From Parachlamydiales bacterium (GTDB lineage: Bacteria > Chlamydiota > Chlamydiia > Chlamydiales > JAJFMK01), in NCBI GenBank assembly GCA_963765145.1, contig CAVXVG010000024.1, positions 1-64,000 of the forward strand: a DNA stretch of 64,000 nucleotides, read 5' to 3'. The notes under the pieces were generated by a model, which was not told the DNA's origin, made no database searches, and was given only the letters and a program-made list of their open reading frames with translations. Numbering within the stretch: the first letter of the stretch is position 1; each line of letters starts with the position of its first letter. Below are positions 49,254 to 59,166 of this stretch, in pieces. A program made the translations under genes and the position numbers.

Positions 49254-50525
49254 ATGGGTGAGATGCGGGTTTTGATGGCTCATGTGGATGATCCTGATCA
49301 GATCAAGATCGACACCTACCTCAAAAACGGGGGGTATCAGGCGATAAAAAAAGAGATAGCCCCTGCAGATCTTGTCGAAATGGTGAAGCAGTCGGGATTG
49401 AGAGGACGGGGAGGAGCCGGTTTTGTCACGGGAGCCAAGTGGGGCTTTATTCCAAAAGAGGCAAAAGTTCGTTATTTGGTCTGCAACGCTGATGAAAGCG
49501 AGCCGGGGACATTTAAAGATCGGTTGTTGATGGAGCGCGATCCTCACCAGTTGATTGAAGGGATCATCTTGGCTTGTAGGGCGATTGAGTCAAAACATGC
49601 ATTTATCTATTGCCGCGGCGAATATTTCAAGGCGCTTAAAATTCTTAATAAAGCTGTAGAAGAGGCAAAAGAGAAAGGCTTTTTGGGAGACTTGCAGATT
49701 GTGGTCCACCCGGGAGCCGGAGCTTACATTGCCGGTGAAGAAACGGCGCAACTCAATTCGTTGGAAGGATACCGTGCTACACCCCGTTTAAAACCCCCTT
49801 TCCCTGCAGTAAAAGGGTTGTATGGTCAACCAACTGTGATCAACAATGTAGAAACTTTGTGTAATGTGGTGCACATTGTTAATCGAGGAGCCGAATGGTT
49901 CCAAAGCATCGGCAAACCCAAAAATACAGGGACTAAAATCTTTCAGGTCAGTGGGCAGATTGCAAAGCCCGGTTGTTATGAATTTCCCCTTGGGGTCTCC
50001 TTAAGGGAAGTTTTGGATACGGCAGGAGGAATGTTGCCCGGCCGCACCTTTAAAGCTTGCTATCCAGGTGGCTCTTCCTGTTCGTTACTAACAGCAAAAG
50101 ATATCGATATTGCGATGGATTTTGAGACTTTGGCAGCTCGAAAATCGGCTTTAGGAACTGCCTCAATCATTGTGATGGATGACACCGCCAATATGGTGAA
50201 AGTGGCCCATCGGTTGATGGAATTCTATCAAAATGAATCGTGTGGTAAATGTACTCCTTGCCGCGAGGGAACCCGTTGGGTCGTTCAAATTTTGGCCCGG
50301 ATTGAGGCAGGAGGGGGCACTTACGACGATTTAAAAACGATCGATCGGGTGTGCAAAAGTATGGCAGAGACCTCTTTTTGCCCATTAGCTGTGGGGGCAG
50401 CGCCGCCCATTGTCAGCGCTGTGGAAGAGTTTAGAGATGAATTTGAAGCTGAAATCAAAAGAAATCCCGATGCCCATCAACTGCCGCCCATGAAAGTGGC
50501 TTACCCTTACTTGAGGGTGCTATGA
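49254..50525 (+). CDS. nuoF: NADH-quinone oxidoreductase subunit F
   Basis: GLRGRGGAGF, NADESEPGTFKDR and ESCGKCTPCREG motifs. Confidence 0.97.
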   Translation: MGEMRVLMAHVDDPDQIKIDTYLKNGGYQAIKKEIAPADLVEMVKQSGLRGRGGAGFVTGAKWGFIPKEAKVRYLVCNADESEPGTFKDRLLMERDPHQLIEGIILACRAIESKHAFIYCRGEYFKALKILNKAVEEAKEKGFLGDLQIVVHPGAGAYIAGEETAQLNSLEGYRATPRLKPPFPAVKGLYGQPTVINNVETLCNVVHIVNRGAEWFQSIGKPKNTGTKIFQVSGQIAKPGCYEFPLGVSLREVLDTAGGMLPGRTFKACYPGGSSCSLLTAKDIDIAMDFETLAARKSALGTASIIVMDDTANMVKVAHRLMEFYQNESCGKCTPCREGTRWVVQILARIEAGGGTYDDLKTIDRVCKSMAETSFCPLAVGAAPPIVSAVEEFRDEFEAEIKRNPDAHQLPPMKVAYPYLRVL

Positions 50526-52777
50526 CAGAAGAGATGATCAACCTGACCATAGATGGGAAATCGGCTTCAGTACCGAAAGGGACGACCGTTTATCACGCCT
50601 GCAAGGATATGGGAATCGATCTTCCGATTTTTTGTTATCAAGATCGGATGCCCCCTTTTGGCGCATGCAGAGTATGTTTGGTAGAAGTTGAAAAGACGCC
50701 AAAACTCCAAACTTCGTGTACCTTACAGGCAGCTGAAGGAATGGTTGTGAAGACCCAGGCTGATAAAGCTGTTCAAGGACGTGAGGAGATCCTCGAATTT
50801 CTCCTCATCAACCATCCGCTCGATTGTCCGATCTGCGACAAGGGGGGAGAGTGCCCTTTACAAGACCAGACAGAGAAGTTTGGCCCCGGAAAAAGCCACT
50901 TTTTCGAAGAAAAAAGGCACTTCACAAAGCCTCTTCCGCTTGGTCCTGTTTTGATGCTCGATCGGGAGCGGTGCGTTGTCTGTGCCCGCTGTACCCGATT
51001 TGGAGACATCGTGGCAGGGGACCATGCTCTAGAATTCATCGACAGAGGGTTTAAAACAGAGGTGGGCACGCCTAACGGAGGCCCGGTAGAATCTAAATTT
51101 ATTGGAAATACGATTGAAATTTGTCCTGTTGGTGCATTGACAAGCCAGGTCTACCGTTTTCGCGCTCGCCCATGGGATAATCGCCACACCCCAAGCGCCT
51201 GCACATTGTGCCCTGTGGGTTGCAGTTTGACTTTAGAAGAGCGAGATGGAGAAATTGTTAGGACCCAATCGTACGAAAACAAGGCGCTCAATGACATGTG
51301 GCTGTGCGATAAGGGGTGGTTTGGCTACGAATTTATCATGGATTCACAGCGGTTAAAAACACCGCTGATCAGACGAAATGGAAAGCTTGAAGAGGCATCA
51401 TGGGAAGAGGCGCTGTTCCTGATCGCCTCAAAAATGGAAACCTATCGACCCCATGGAAAGATTGCTGGATGGGGTGGAAATCCTTTGACAGTAGAGGAAA
51501 ATTACCTTTTCCAAAAACTGATGAGAACGGTGTGTGATGTCAATCACGTCGATCACAGGATTGGGATGCCTCTGTTTAACCAGGCCGAAGAGGGATTGCC
51601 GGCAGGAATGGAGATCTCGATTGGTTCATGTGTTGATTTGAAGACCATCTACCTTTTTGGTGTCGATATCACAGAAGAATTTCCTGTTATTTGGTTGCGC
51701 TTGAAAGAGGCGATTAATAAGGGGGCCAGAGTGATCTTCGCCGGCCATTATGCTCCTGAAATAGCTAAACACCTTTCGGAAGTCTATCTCCATCCTCCGG
51801 GAGAAGAGATCGAGGCAATCCAACGGTATCTGAAGGATGGGCATGGAGAGGGCGCCATTTTTGTCGGCTCTCAATACCTCTCTTCGCTGAATCGTGGATC
51901 TATTTTGTCTGAGTTATTAAAACGGCGCAGCACCTTATCACTTAACCTTCTGGAAGGGCGTGGCAATAGCATGGGAGCTCGTCTTGCAGGGATGAGGCCC
52001 GATCTTGGCCCGCTGAATAAGTCGCTTGAGCGCCATGGGCTAAACTTTTTACAAGTGGCACATGAATCGGCTGAAAAAGGATGGGACCTTCTGCATGTGG
52101 CAGGGGCTAACCCTGCTTTAAAACTGTCTGCCGATCTCTGGAAAAAAGTTAGAGAAAAGACCGACTTCATCGTTGTACAAGATCTTTTCTTAACAGAAAC
52201 GGCGCGCGAGGCTGATGTCGTATTGCCAACCCTTTCTTATGTAGAAAAAGAGGGGCACTTCATCAACATCGAAAAACGGGTGCAAAAACTTCGGCCCGGC
52301 AAAGACCTTCCAAAAGGGTTGAAAAGCGACGGAGAGATTTTTGTGTTGCTGGCCGAACGATTAGGTCACACGATTCCAATCGATGAACAATTTTCAAAGA
52401 TTTTCACCCTTGAAAGACTTCCAAACCTCTATCCCGCTTCTATTGAGGCGAAACAGCAAAAAATAGAGGGAGACCTTTTAGCCACTTTTGCCCATGCCCT
52501 GTTTGATGAAGGGGTGAGGATGGAGCACAACAAACACCTCATCCAAATGGCAAAAGTTCCTAAAATCCGCATACACCCAAAAGAGGGAGCCAAACGGCAG
52601 ATCCAAGAGGGTGAATGGGTCAAAATCAATGGGGTCAAAGGCCAAGTCCAGCTAGATGAAACGGTCTCTTTCAATACGGTTGTTTTGCCTTTAGGATTTA
52701 AAAGTTTTTCTGTTTTTGATGTAGAAAATAACCTAAAGAATGGTTTAAAGATCACCCTTGAGAGGATTTCAACATGA
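50522..52777 (+). CDS. nuoG: NADH-quinone oxidoreductase subunit G
   Basis: GACRVCLVE, NHPLDCPICDKGGECPLQ and CVVCARC motifs. Confidence 0.97.
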   Translation: MTEEMINLTIDGKSASVPKGTTVYHACKDMGIDLPIFCYQDRMPPFGACRVCLVEVEKTPKLQTSCTLQAAEGMVVKTQADKAVQGREEILEFLLINHPLDCPICDKGGECPLQDQTEKFGPGKSHFFEEKRHFTKPLPLGPVLMLDRERCVVCARCTRFGDIVAGDHALEFIDRGFKTEVGTPNGGPVESKFIGNTIEICPVGALTSQVYRFRARPWDNRHTPSACTLCPVGCSLTLEERDGEIVRTQSYENKALNDMWLCDKGWFGYEFIMDSQRLKTPLIRRNGKLEEASWEEALFLIASKMETYRPHGKIAGWGGNPLTVEENYLFQKLMRTVCDVNHVDHRIGMPLFNQAEEGLPAGMEISIGSCVDLKTIYLFGVDITEEFPVIWLRLKEAINKGARVIFAGHYAPEIAKHLSEVYLHPPGEEIEAIQRYLKDGHGEGAIFVGSQYLSSLNRGSILSELLKRRSTLSLNLLEGRGNSMGARLAGMRPDLGPLNKSLERHGLNFLQVAHESAEKGWDLLHVAGANPALKLSADLWKKVREKTDFIVVQDLFLTETAREADVVLPTLSYVEKEGHFINIEKRVQKLRPGKDLPKGLKSDGEIFVLLAERLGHTIPIDEQFSKIFTLERLPNLYPASIEAKQQKIEGDLLATFAHALFDEGVRMEHNKHLIQMAKVPKIRIHPKEGAKRQIQEGEWVKINGVKGQVQLDETVSFNTVVLPLGFKSFSVFDVENNLKNGLKITLERIST

Positions 52778-53745
52778 TCGAAGTTCTCATCAAAGGGTTG
52801 ATTTTAGTGATGGTCTTATTTGGGGCAGCTGCATACATGACCTTCATTGAAAGGGTGGTCTTGGCATTGTTTCAATTAAGGTTAGGGCCCAACCGTGTAG
52901 GGCCTTTTGGTCTTCTTCAGCCCATTGCAGACGGGATTAAACTACTAACCAAAGAACGATTTCAACCTGCCAATATCGATGCCTTTACCTATTGGTTGGC
53001 CCCTAGTATCTCTTTGTTTGTTGCTTTGGCGGTATTTGCTTTTATCCCTTTTGGTGGGACGGTCCATCTGTTTGGGCAAGAGATTCAATTGCAGATAGCT
53101 GATGTCAATAGCGGCATTTTACTTTTATTGGCGATCTCTTCCTTAGCAGTGTATGGGGTTGTTTTAGCAGGATGGTCTTCTAACAATCGCTATTCATTGC
53201 TCGGGGGTTTGAGAGGAACAGCGCAGTTGATCAGCTTTGAAATTCCGATGGGGATTTCTTTGCTGACTGTCATTCTTTCTGTCGGGACATTAAGTCTGCC
53301 AGAGATTGTAGAGGCTCAAAGAGGGCATTGGTTGATCTGGAGCAACCCGATCAGCTTTCTGATCTACCTGATCACCTCGTTTGCAGAAACGAACAGAGCC
53401 CCTTTTGACCTGCCTGAAGCTGAGCAAGAATTGACAGCCGGATACCACACCGAATATGGAGGGATGAAATTTGCCATGTTCTTCTTAGGAGAGTATGTCA
53501 ATATTTTGGTCGTCTCTTCGATTGCAGTGACCCTCTTTTTTGGAGGGTGGCTTGGCCCCTACGATTGGCCTGTGATCTGGTTTGTTCTGAAAGTGGCTGT
53601 GATCGTGTTTTTCTTCATGTGGGTGCGAGCCACTTTGCCTCGCTTTCGGTATGACCAGCTCATGTCATTTAGTTGGAAAGTGCTGATACCTATTTCTGTG
53701 ATCAATTTGATCGTGACGGCCTTTTTCTTGCTGGTGGTAAAATGA
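52774..53745 (+). CDS. nuoH: NADH-quinone oxidoreductase subunit H
   Basis: GPNRVGPFGLLQPIADGIKL and ETNRAPFDLPEAE motifs. Confidence 0.97.
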   Translation: MIEVLIKGLILVMVLFGAAAYMTFIERVVLALFQLRLGPNRVGPFGLLQPIADGIKLLTKERFQPANIDAFTYWLAPSISLFVALAVFAFIPFGGTVHLFGQEIQLQIADVNSGILLLLAISSLAVYGVVLAGWSSNNRYSLLGGLRGTAQLISFEIPMGISLLTVILSVGTLSLPEIVEAQRGHWLIWSNPISFLIYLITSFAETNRAPFDLPEAEQELTAGYHTEYGGMKFAMFFLGEYVNILVVSSIAVTLFFGGWLGPYDWPVIWFVLKVAVIVFFFMWVRATLPRFRYDQLMSFSWKVLIPISVINLIVTAFFLLVVK

Positions 53746-54216
53746 AAAAGCGATTGTATCAAGTTTGGATCTACCTAAAAGGGTTATTGATCGTGATGAA
53801 GTATGCTTTTAAAAAGCCGATCACCATCCAATATCCTGAAGAGAGAAGAGTATTGCCCCCTCGGTCGAGAGGCCGCCACTATTTAACCAAATGGGACTGA
53901 TGGGTATGAGCGGTGTGTGGGGTGTGAATTGTGCGCTATTGTATGCCCATCCCAAGCGATCTATGTGAGGCCGGCCCAAAATGAACCGGGCCATGCCCAT
54001 TCCCACGGCGAGCGGTACGCCTCTGACTTTCAAATCAATATGCTACGGTGTATCTATTGCGGAATGTGTGAAGAGGCTTGCCCAACCGGTGCCATCATTT
54101 TGAGCGGCGAATACGAACTATCGGGCTATACAAGAGAAGATCTGATTTTTACGAAAGAAAAGCTGACAGAAAAATATCCTGGCGAGTCGGGCAGAGACCC
54201 GAAAAGGGAGATTTAA
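53742..54216 (+). CDS. nuoI: NADH-quinone oxidoreductase subunit I (apparent frameshift near 53895)
   Basis: TIQYPEE...RGRH followed by two CxxCxxCxxxCP motifs. Confidence 0.93.
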
Positions 54217-54218
54217 TC

Positions 54219-54707
54219 ATGTTAGCAGAGGTTGTTTTTGGATCGGTTGCTGTGTTGTCAGCGCTAGGGGTTATTTTAGTTAAAAAGCCGGTATATGCCG
54301 GGTTATCTTTTCTACTGACATTGTTGATGCTGTCCGGTCTCTATTTGCAACTGTCGGCTCAGTTCATCGCAGCGATGCAAATCTTGGTCTATGCAGGGGC
54401 CATCTTGGTGATTTTTATGTTTGTGATCATTTTATTCCAAGATGCGCACGCACAAATTGAAAAATTCAAAGCCGGAACTTCTCGTGTTTTAGTAGGAGTG
54501 TCGGCCCTATTATTTATCCTGTCGATCGGTTTTATTGCACAACAGATGGTGCTTCCTCAAAAGTCAGAGACTGTTTCTGACACATTTGGAACGGTCCAGT
54601 CGCTGGGGTCGGCCCTTTTTACCGACTATTTTTTTCCATTTGAGGCTATAACGCCTCTTTTTTTGGTGGCCATTGTGGGAGCTGTTTACCTGGGGAAAAG
54701 AGAATGA
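54219..54707 (+). CDS. nuoJ: NADH-quinone oxidoreductase subunit J
   Basis: QILVYAGAILVIFMFVI and YFFPFE motifs. Confidence 0.95.
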   Translation: MLAEVVFGSVAVLSALGVILVKKPVYAGLSFLLTLLMLSGLYLQLSAQFIAAMQILVYAGAILVIFMFVIILFQDAHAQIEKFKAGTSRVLVGVSALLFILSIGFIAQQMVLPQKSETVSDTFGTVQSLGSALFTDYFFPFEAITPLFLVAIVGAVYLGKRE

Positions 54708-54997
54708 CACTGCCTGTTTTAATTAGCTTTGCCCTATTTACGATTGGCCTGATAGGCGTATTGACCAAGCGGAACACGTTGATCTTTTTCTTGTCGATCG
54801 AACTGATGTTGAACAGTGCCAATCTTCTTTTTGTCACCTTTGCACGTCAATGGGACAACTCTGTCGGCTTAGTCTGGGTCTTTTTTGTCCTCGTCGTCGC
54901 AGCTGTAGAGGCAGCCGTCGGCTTGGCCATCCTCATCCATCTCTTCCGAAAAAAACAAGTTGTCGACATCGACCAATACAACGTCCTCAAAGGGTAA
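54704..54997 (+). CDS. nuoK: NADH-quinone oxidoreductase subunit K
   Basis: SIELMLNSAN and VAAVEAAVGLA motifs. Confidence 0.96.
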   Translation: MTLPVLISFALFTIGLIGVLTKRNTLIFFLSIELMLNSANLLFVTFARQWDNSVGLVWVFFVLVVAAVEAAVGLAILIHLFRKKQVVDIDQYNVLKG

Positions 54998-55106
54998 TTG
55001 GCGGGTAAGCGTCGTCTAAGCCCCAGGTTGAATTGACGATTGCCATTTGTCATTGTTTTCCCAAAAGAGGAGACAAAGTCATGTCTAGAAGAAGCGCGAG
55101 GGCTCG

Positions 55107-55427
55107 ATGGGACCCATCATTCAGAAGTTCAACGATTCAGGAAAAAGTGCAAAGCAATGGGCAGAAGAGCAAGGCATTTCTTACCAATCTCTCATTCTTT
55201 GGAAAAGAAAACTCAAAGAACCGCTTGCTTTTGTAAACAAAAGACGAGAGCTGATGAAGGTAATCTACTTCGATGGCGATGGTCTTGCGATTTGGGCAAA
55301 GAGACTTGAAAAGGGTCGTTTTGGTAGACATCTAAGTTCATCTCCACTCATGGATCGGAGGAGCTTTTTGATGCTTTTAGAAGGTGTAATACCAAGAAGA
55401 ATGAATCGACGTTACAAGCATTCTTAA
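55107..55427 (+). pseudogene. Fused IS66 tnpA N-terminus and tnpB C-terminus
   Basis: SGKSAKQWAEEQGISY..L..WKRKL is joined to FVNKRR..MKVIYFDGDGLAIWAKRLEKGRF. Confidence 0.8.
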
Positions 55428-55491
55428 GGGCGATTTTTCTTTGATTTCATAGAGAGAAAATGGTACCATTTTCTATCCCCTCTATGAAGAG

Positions 55492-56332
55492 ATGAGGAAA
55501 CAGGTGTTACAAAGTGGTGCTCTCTGGATGGATGAAACACCTCTCGATATGCAATCAAAAGGGAAAGGCTCTCTACACCAAGGGTATATGTGGACGATGT
55601 GTGGTGGAGAAAAAGCCCCTTACCTGTTCTACCGCTTCTTCAAAAACAGAAAGCATCAAAACGTTGAAACGCTCCTAGGAGATTACACGGGCCTCCTTCA
55701 CACAGACAAATATGAGGCTTATCTTAAACAAGCCAAGAAAGAGGAGATTATATGGTGCCCTTGTTGGGCTCACATCCGTAGGAAGTTCATCGAAGCTGAA
55801 ACGAAAGATCCTCTCCGAGACTGGATCTTAGAGAAGATCCAGTCTCTCTTTTTATTAGAGAGACGAGCCTGGGAATCTTCTCCAGAAGAACGGCTTGAGA
55901 TCCGTTTACAGGAAGAGGTGCCGATTATCGATGAGTTAATCGATAAAGTTAAAGAGAAGCTCATCAAAGGCCAACTTCTTCCGAAATCAAAATTAAGAGA
56001 GGCTCTTGGCTACTTCTGCAGCCTGATCCCTTATCTAAAGAACTACACTAACCACCCCGAAGCTCGTTTAGACAACAATGTTGCTGAAAAGAGCCATTCG
56101 TCCACTTGCCATCGGCCGGAAGAACTGGTTGTTCGTTGGAAGTGAAGGAGGTGCTGAAGCTGCAGCAGTAGCGTTATCTCTCATCCAGACCTGCCGTTCA
56201 CTTAATATCAATCCTCGAGACTACCTGGAGGATGTAATGAGAAGGCTTCTAGACCATCCAGCAAACAAACTAAGCGAACTTTTACCCGATAACTGGGCTA
56301 AATCTAAACAAATAATCCCCGTCGCTCGCTAA
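55492..56332 (+). pseudogene. IS66 tnpC (DDE transposase), 3' half only, frameshift near 56088
   Basis: MDETP, TDKYEAY, CWAHIRRKF, DNNVAE and GRKNWLFVGS motifs. Confidence 0.9.
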
Positions 56333-56583
56333 AGCGAGCTTCCGGTCAGGGGGGGGCGGCCGCCCCCCCCTGACGCCGTGCTGTCAAGCACGTGCGGAAT
56401 ATTTTTAAAACAACCTGTACCTCATCGGATGCTTGATAACCTTCGTTAGCCCAATATAGCGAAGGTAATCCCTTCTTTAGATCAACCTGGGGCTTAGACG
56501 ACGCTTACATTGGCGGAAACACTTCACGCATGCGTGAAAGGGGAGCCGGGCGCATTCGGGTTTTGCCCTAACGGACCGATCAT

Positions 56584-57231
56584 AGGCCTGGAAGGCCGAC
56601 CTGTGAAAGCCCAGCGCCGAAGGCCTGGGTTATGGATGCACAATAAAATTGGAGTCCTGAAGGGACGACATCACATGTTATAAAAAATACTTTTCGTCAT
56701 ATTTGATCTTAGCTCTCTTGAGAAATGAGACAAATTCATCTTGAAAAGAGACTGTTTTATGATGTTCTTTTTGAGAGGCAATATAGTTTATTGCTTTATC
56801 TATAGATGGTCTTGCAACAGAAAATGTCCCATAGCCACTTTGCCATGCGAAATCTTTATAAAAAACACCTTTAGTCTTGATCCATCGCGAAGACCCAGAT
56901 TTTATTTCAGAGATTAATTTGCTGATTGTAATTGTTCTGCTTAAGGCTAATAAAACATGAATGTGATCTGTCGTCCCATTGATTTGAATAAGTGGACAGT
57001 TAAGGTTTTTGCAAATTGCTGTTATGTAAGAATATAATTCTTCTTCAATGATAGGCTGAAGCCATTGTTTTCGTCCCTTCGTGGTAAAAACAATGTGTAA
57101 AACAACATCGGCCAACGATTGTGACATGTTTGTTTTTCGGGGTTGTGTCGTCCCTTCAGGACTCCAATTTTATTGTGCACTCATACCCAGGCCTTCGGCG
57201 CTGGGCTTTCACAGGTCGGCCTTCCAGGCCT
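56584..57231. mobile_element. Y1-transposase cassette bounded by about 87-bp inverted repeats (56584-56670 and 57146-57231)
   Basis: aggcctggaaggccgacctgtgaaagcccagcgccgaaggcctggg...gtcctgaagggacgaca and its near-perfect reverse complement. Confidence 0.88.
56678..57127 (-). CDS. tnpA: IS200/IS605-family HUH (Y1) transposase
   Basis: HIVFTTK.R, DHIH (HUH), WQSGYG.FSV and catalytic YIASQ motifs. Confidence 0.93.
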   Translation of the reverse strand: MSQSLADVVLHIVFTTKGRKQWLQPIIEEELYSYITAICKNLNCPLIQINGTTDHIHVLLALSRTITISKLISEIKSGSSRWIKTKGVFYKDFAWQSGYGTFSVARPSIDKAINYIASQKEHHKTVSFQDEFVSFLKRAKIKYDEKYFL

Positions 57232-57339
57232 TTAACCAGATCATTACACCCGTTCGGATAATATTTGGCTAGACCTGCACCGAAGTGTTTTCATTTGTGG
57301 TAATCTTTTTTTTGTTTACAAAAAGGGCGGGAGTTTCGA

Positions 57340-59166
57340 ATGTGGGGGATTATGGTTTTTGCGCTTTTTCTTCCCCTTTTTGGGTTTATTCTATTGCTGT
57401 TGACCTATCGGGTGATCGGGAATAGGTGGGCAGGCTACATTGGGTGCTCAACTATTTTTCTTTCGTTTGCCACCTTTTTGACTCTACTGGCCCAAAATGG
57501 GGGGCCTACAGTAGTTACCCTATTTGAATGGATCCATGTAGGGAAAGTGAATGCCGATTTTACCTTGGTGCTCGATCATCTGTCGCTCTTGATGACTTTG
57601 ATCATCACGGGAATCGGTTTTCTCATCCATGTCTACTCGATCGGCTACATGGACCATGAAAGAGATGTAGTCCGCTACTTTGCCTGCATGAACTTTTTCG
57701 TTTTTTCGATGTTATTATTAGTGTTAGCAGGCGATTTGTTAGTTCTGTTCATTGGCTGGGAAGGGGTGGGGCTTGCCTCGTATCTTTTAATCGGCTTTTG
57801 GTATGAGCAGAAAAAAGCGGCTCAAGCTGCTACCAAAGCTTTTGTCATCAACAGGATCGGTGACTGTGGGTTTTTGCTTGCCCTTCTGTTGACCTACACC
57901 TTGTTTGGGACTAGCAACATCGCCGAAGTGTCAAAATTGGCCATCGCAGGACCGATGGTGACGGTGTTGACACTGCTCTTTTTTATGGGCGCTGTAGGAA
58001 AGTCAGCACAGCTGCCTCTGTATACTTGGCTGCCAGATGCGATGGCCGGCCCAACGCCGGTTTCAGCGCTCATCCACGCAGCGACCATGGTGACTGCAGG
58101 TGTGTACCTTGTCGTCAGAATGCATGAGGTCTATCTGTTGGCGCCGATTACGTTGCAAATCGTAGGAGTGGTGGGGGGAGTCACCTCTCTATATGCCTCC
58201 TTGTGCGCTTTGGGGCAAACCGACTTGAAAAGAGTGTTGGCCTACTCAACTGTCAGCCAACTGGGGTTAATGTTTTTAGCCTGTGGGATTGGCGCTTTTT
58301 ATTCGGCCATGTTCCATTTAACCGCTCATGCCTTTGTGAAGGCGCTGTTGTTCTTATCGGCTGGCAATGTTGTTCACATGCTCGGTGGGGCAACAGAGAT
58401 GAGCCAAATGGGGCGCTTGTCTAAAGTTTTCACTAAAACCCATTGGCTTTTCTTGATCGGAGCAATTGCCTTGGCAGGTATTCCTCCTTTAGTGACCTTT
58501 TTCAGCAAAGATATGATTTTGGAAGAGGAGATTCTGACCGGTCACGATGTTCTCTACTTCATTGCGCTTGCCGCCTCTATTTTGACAGGGGTTTACCTCA
58601 TCCGCGCCTACTGTTTAACCTTCTTAGGGAAAGGGGAAGAGCAAGGAAAAGAAGCCCCTTGGATCATGCTAACGCCGGTCATTGTTTTGGCCTTCTTAAC
58701 AGTATTTGGGGGGTTCCTCGGTTACAGTTCAACGACGCTGCCTCCATTAGAGGCGTTTTTGCAAATGATAGGTTTAACCCCTTTAGAGCTAGAATTCGGA
58801 CATGGATTCCCAATCTCTTTAGATTTATTGATCGCTGTTCTTGGTTGTACTTTAGGTGTGCTTCTCACTTTTTGGGTCTACACTCGCCACAAAGATGCAC
58901 TTGGAAATAACTTAGCAATACTCCGCCGCTCCTTCTATGTCGACGAGATCTATTGGGCAGTTGTTGCCGTTCCTTTGCGCTGGTTTGCAAACTTGATTGC
59001 TTATGTATTTGAACCCAAAGTCATTGGAGGGTCTGCTCGGCTGTTAGCAAACGGAACTCAAGATGCAGCTATCAGAGTTCAGCGGGTGCAAAATGGTCAA
59101 ATCCGCTCGTACGTGGCTTGGATGGCCCTCGGCATCGTATTGCTATTTGTGTTATGGGTGTTTTGA
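57340..59166 (+). CDS. nuoL: NADH-quinone oxidoreductase subunit L
   Basis: GWEGVGLASYLLIGFW and WLPDAMAGPTPVSALIHAATMV motifs. Confidence 0.97.
   Translation: MWGIMVFALFLPLFGFILLLLTYRVIGNRWAGYIGCSTIFLSFATFLTLLAQNGGPTVVTLFEWIHVGKVNADFTLVLDHLSLLMTLIITGIGFLIHVYSIGYMDHERDVVRYFACMNFFVFSMLLLVLAGDLLVLFIGWEGVGLASYLLIGFWYEQKKAAQAATKAFVINRIGDCGFLLALLLTYTLFGTSNIAEVSKLAIAGPMVTVLTLLFFMGAVGKSAQLPLYTWLPDAMAGPTPVSALIHAATMVTAGVYLVVRMHEVYLLAPITLQIVGVVGGVTSLYASLCALGQTDLKRVLAYSTVSQLGLMFLACGIGAFYSAMFHLTAHAFVKALLFLSAGNVVHMLGGATEMSQMGRLSKVFTKTHWLFLIGAIALAGIPPLVTFFSKDMILEEEILTGHDVLYFIALAASILTGVYLIRAYCLTFLGKGEEQGKEAPWIMLTPVIVLAFLTVFGGFLGYSSTTLPPLEAFLQMIGLTPLELEFGHGFPISLDLLIAVLGCTLGVLLTFWVYTRHKDALGNNLAILRRSFYVDEIYWAVVAVPLRWFANLIAYVFEPKVIGGSARLLANGTQDAAIRVQRVQNGQIRSYVAWMALGIVLLFVLWVF

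Larger units (their letters stand above)
55005..56508 (+). mobile_element. IS66-family deletion derivative (1504 bp) with perfect 27-bp terminal inverted repeats and an 8-bp target-site duplication
   Basis: IRL gtaagcgtcgtctaagccccaggttga and IRR 56482-56508; attggcgg occurs at 54997-55004 and 56509-56516. Confidence 0.95.
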
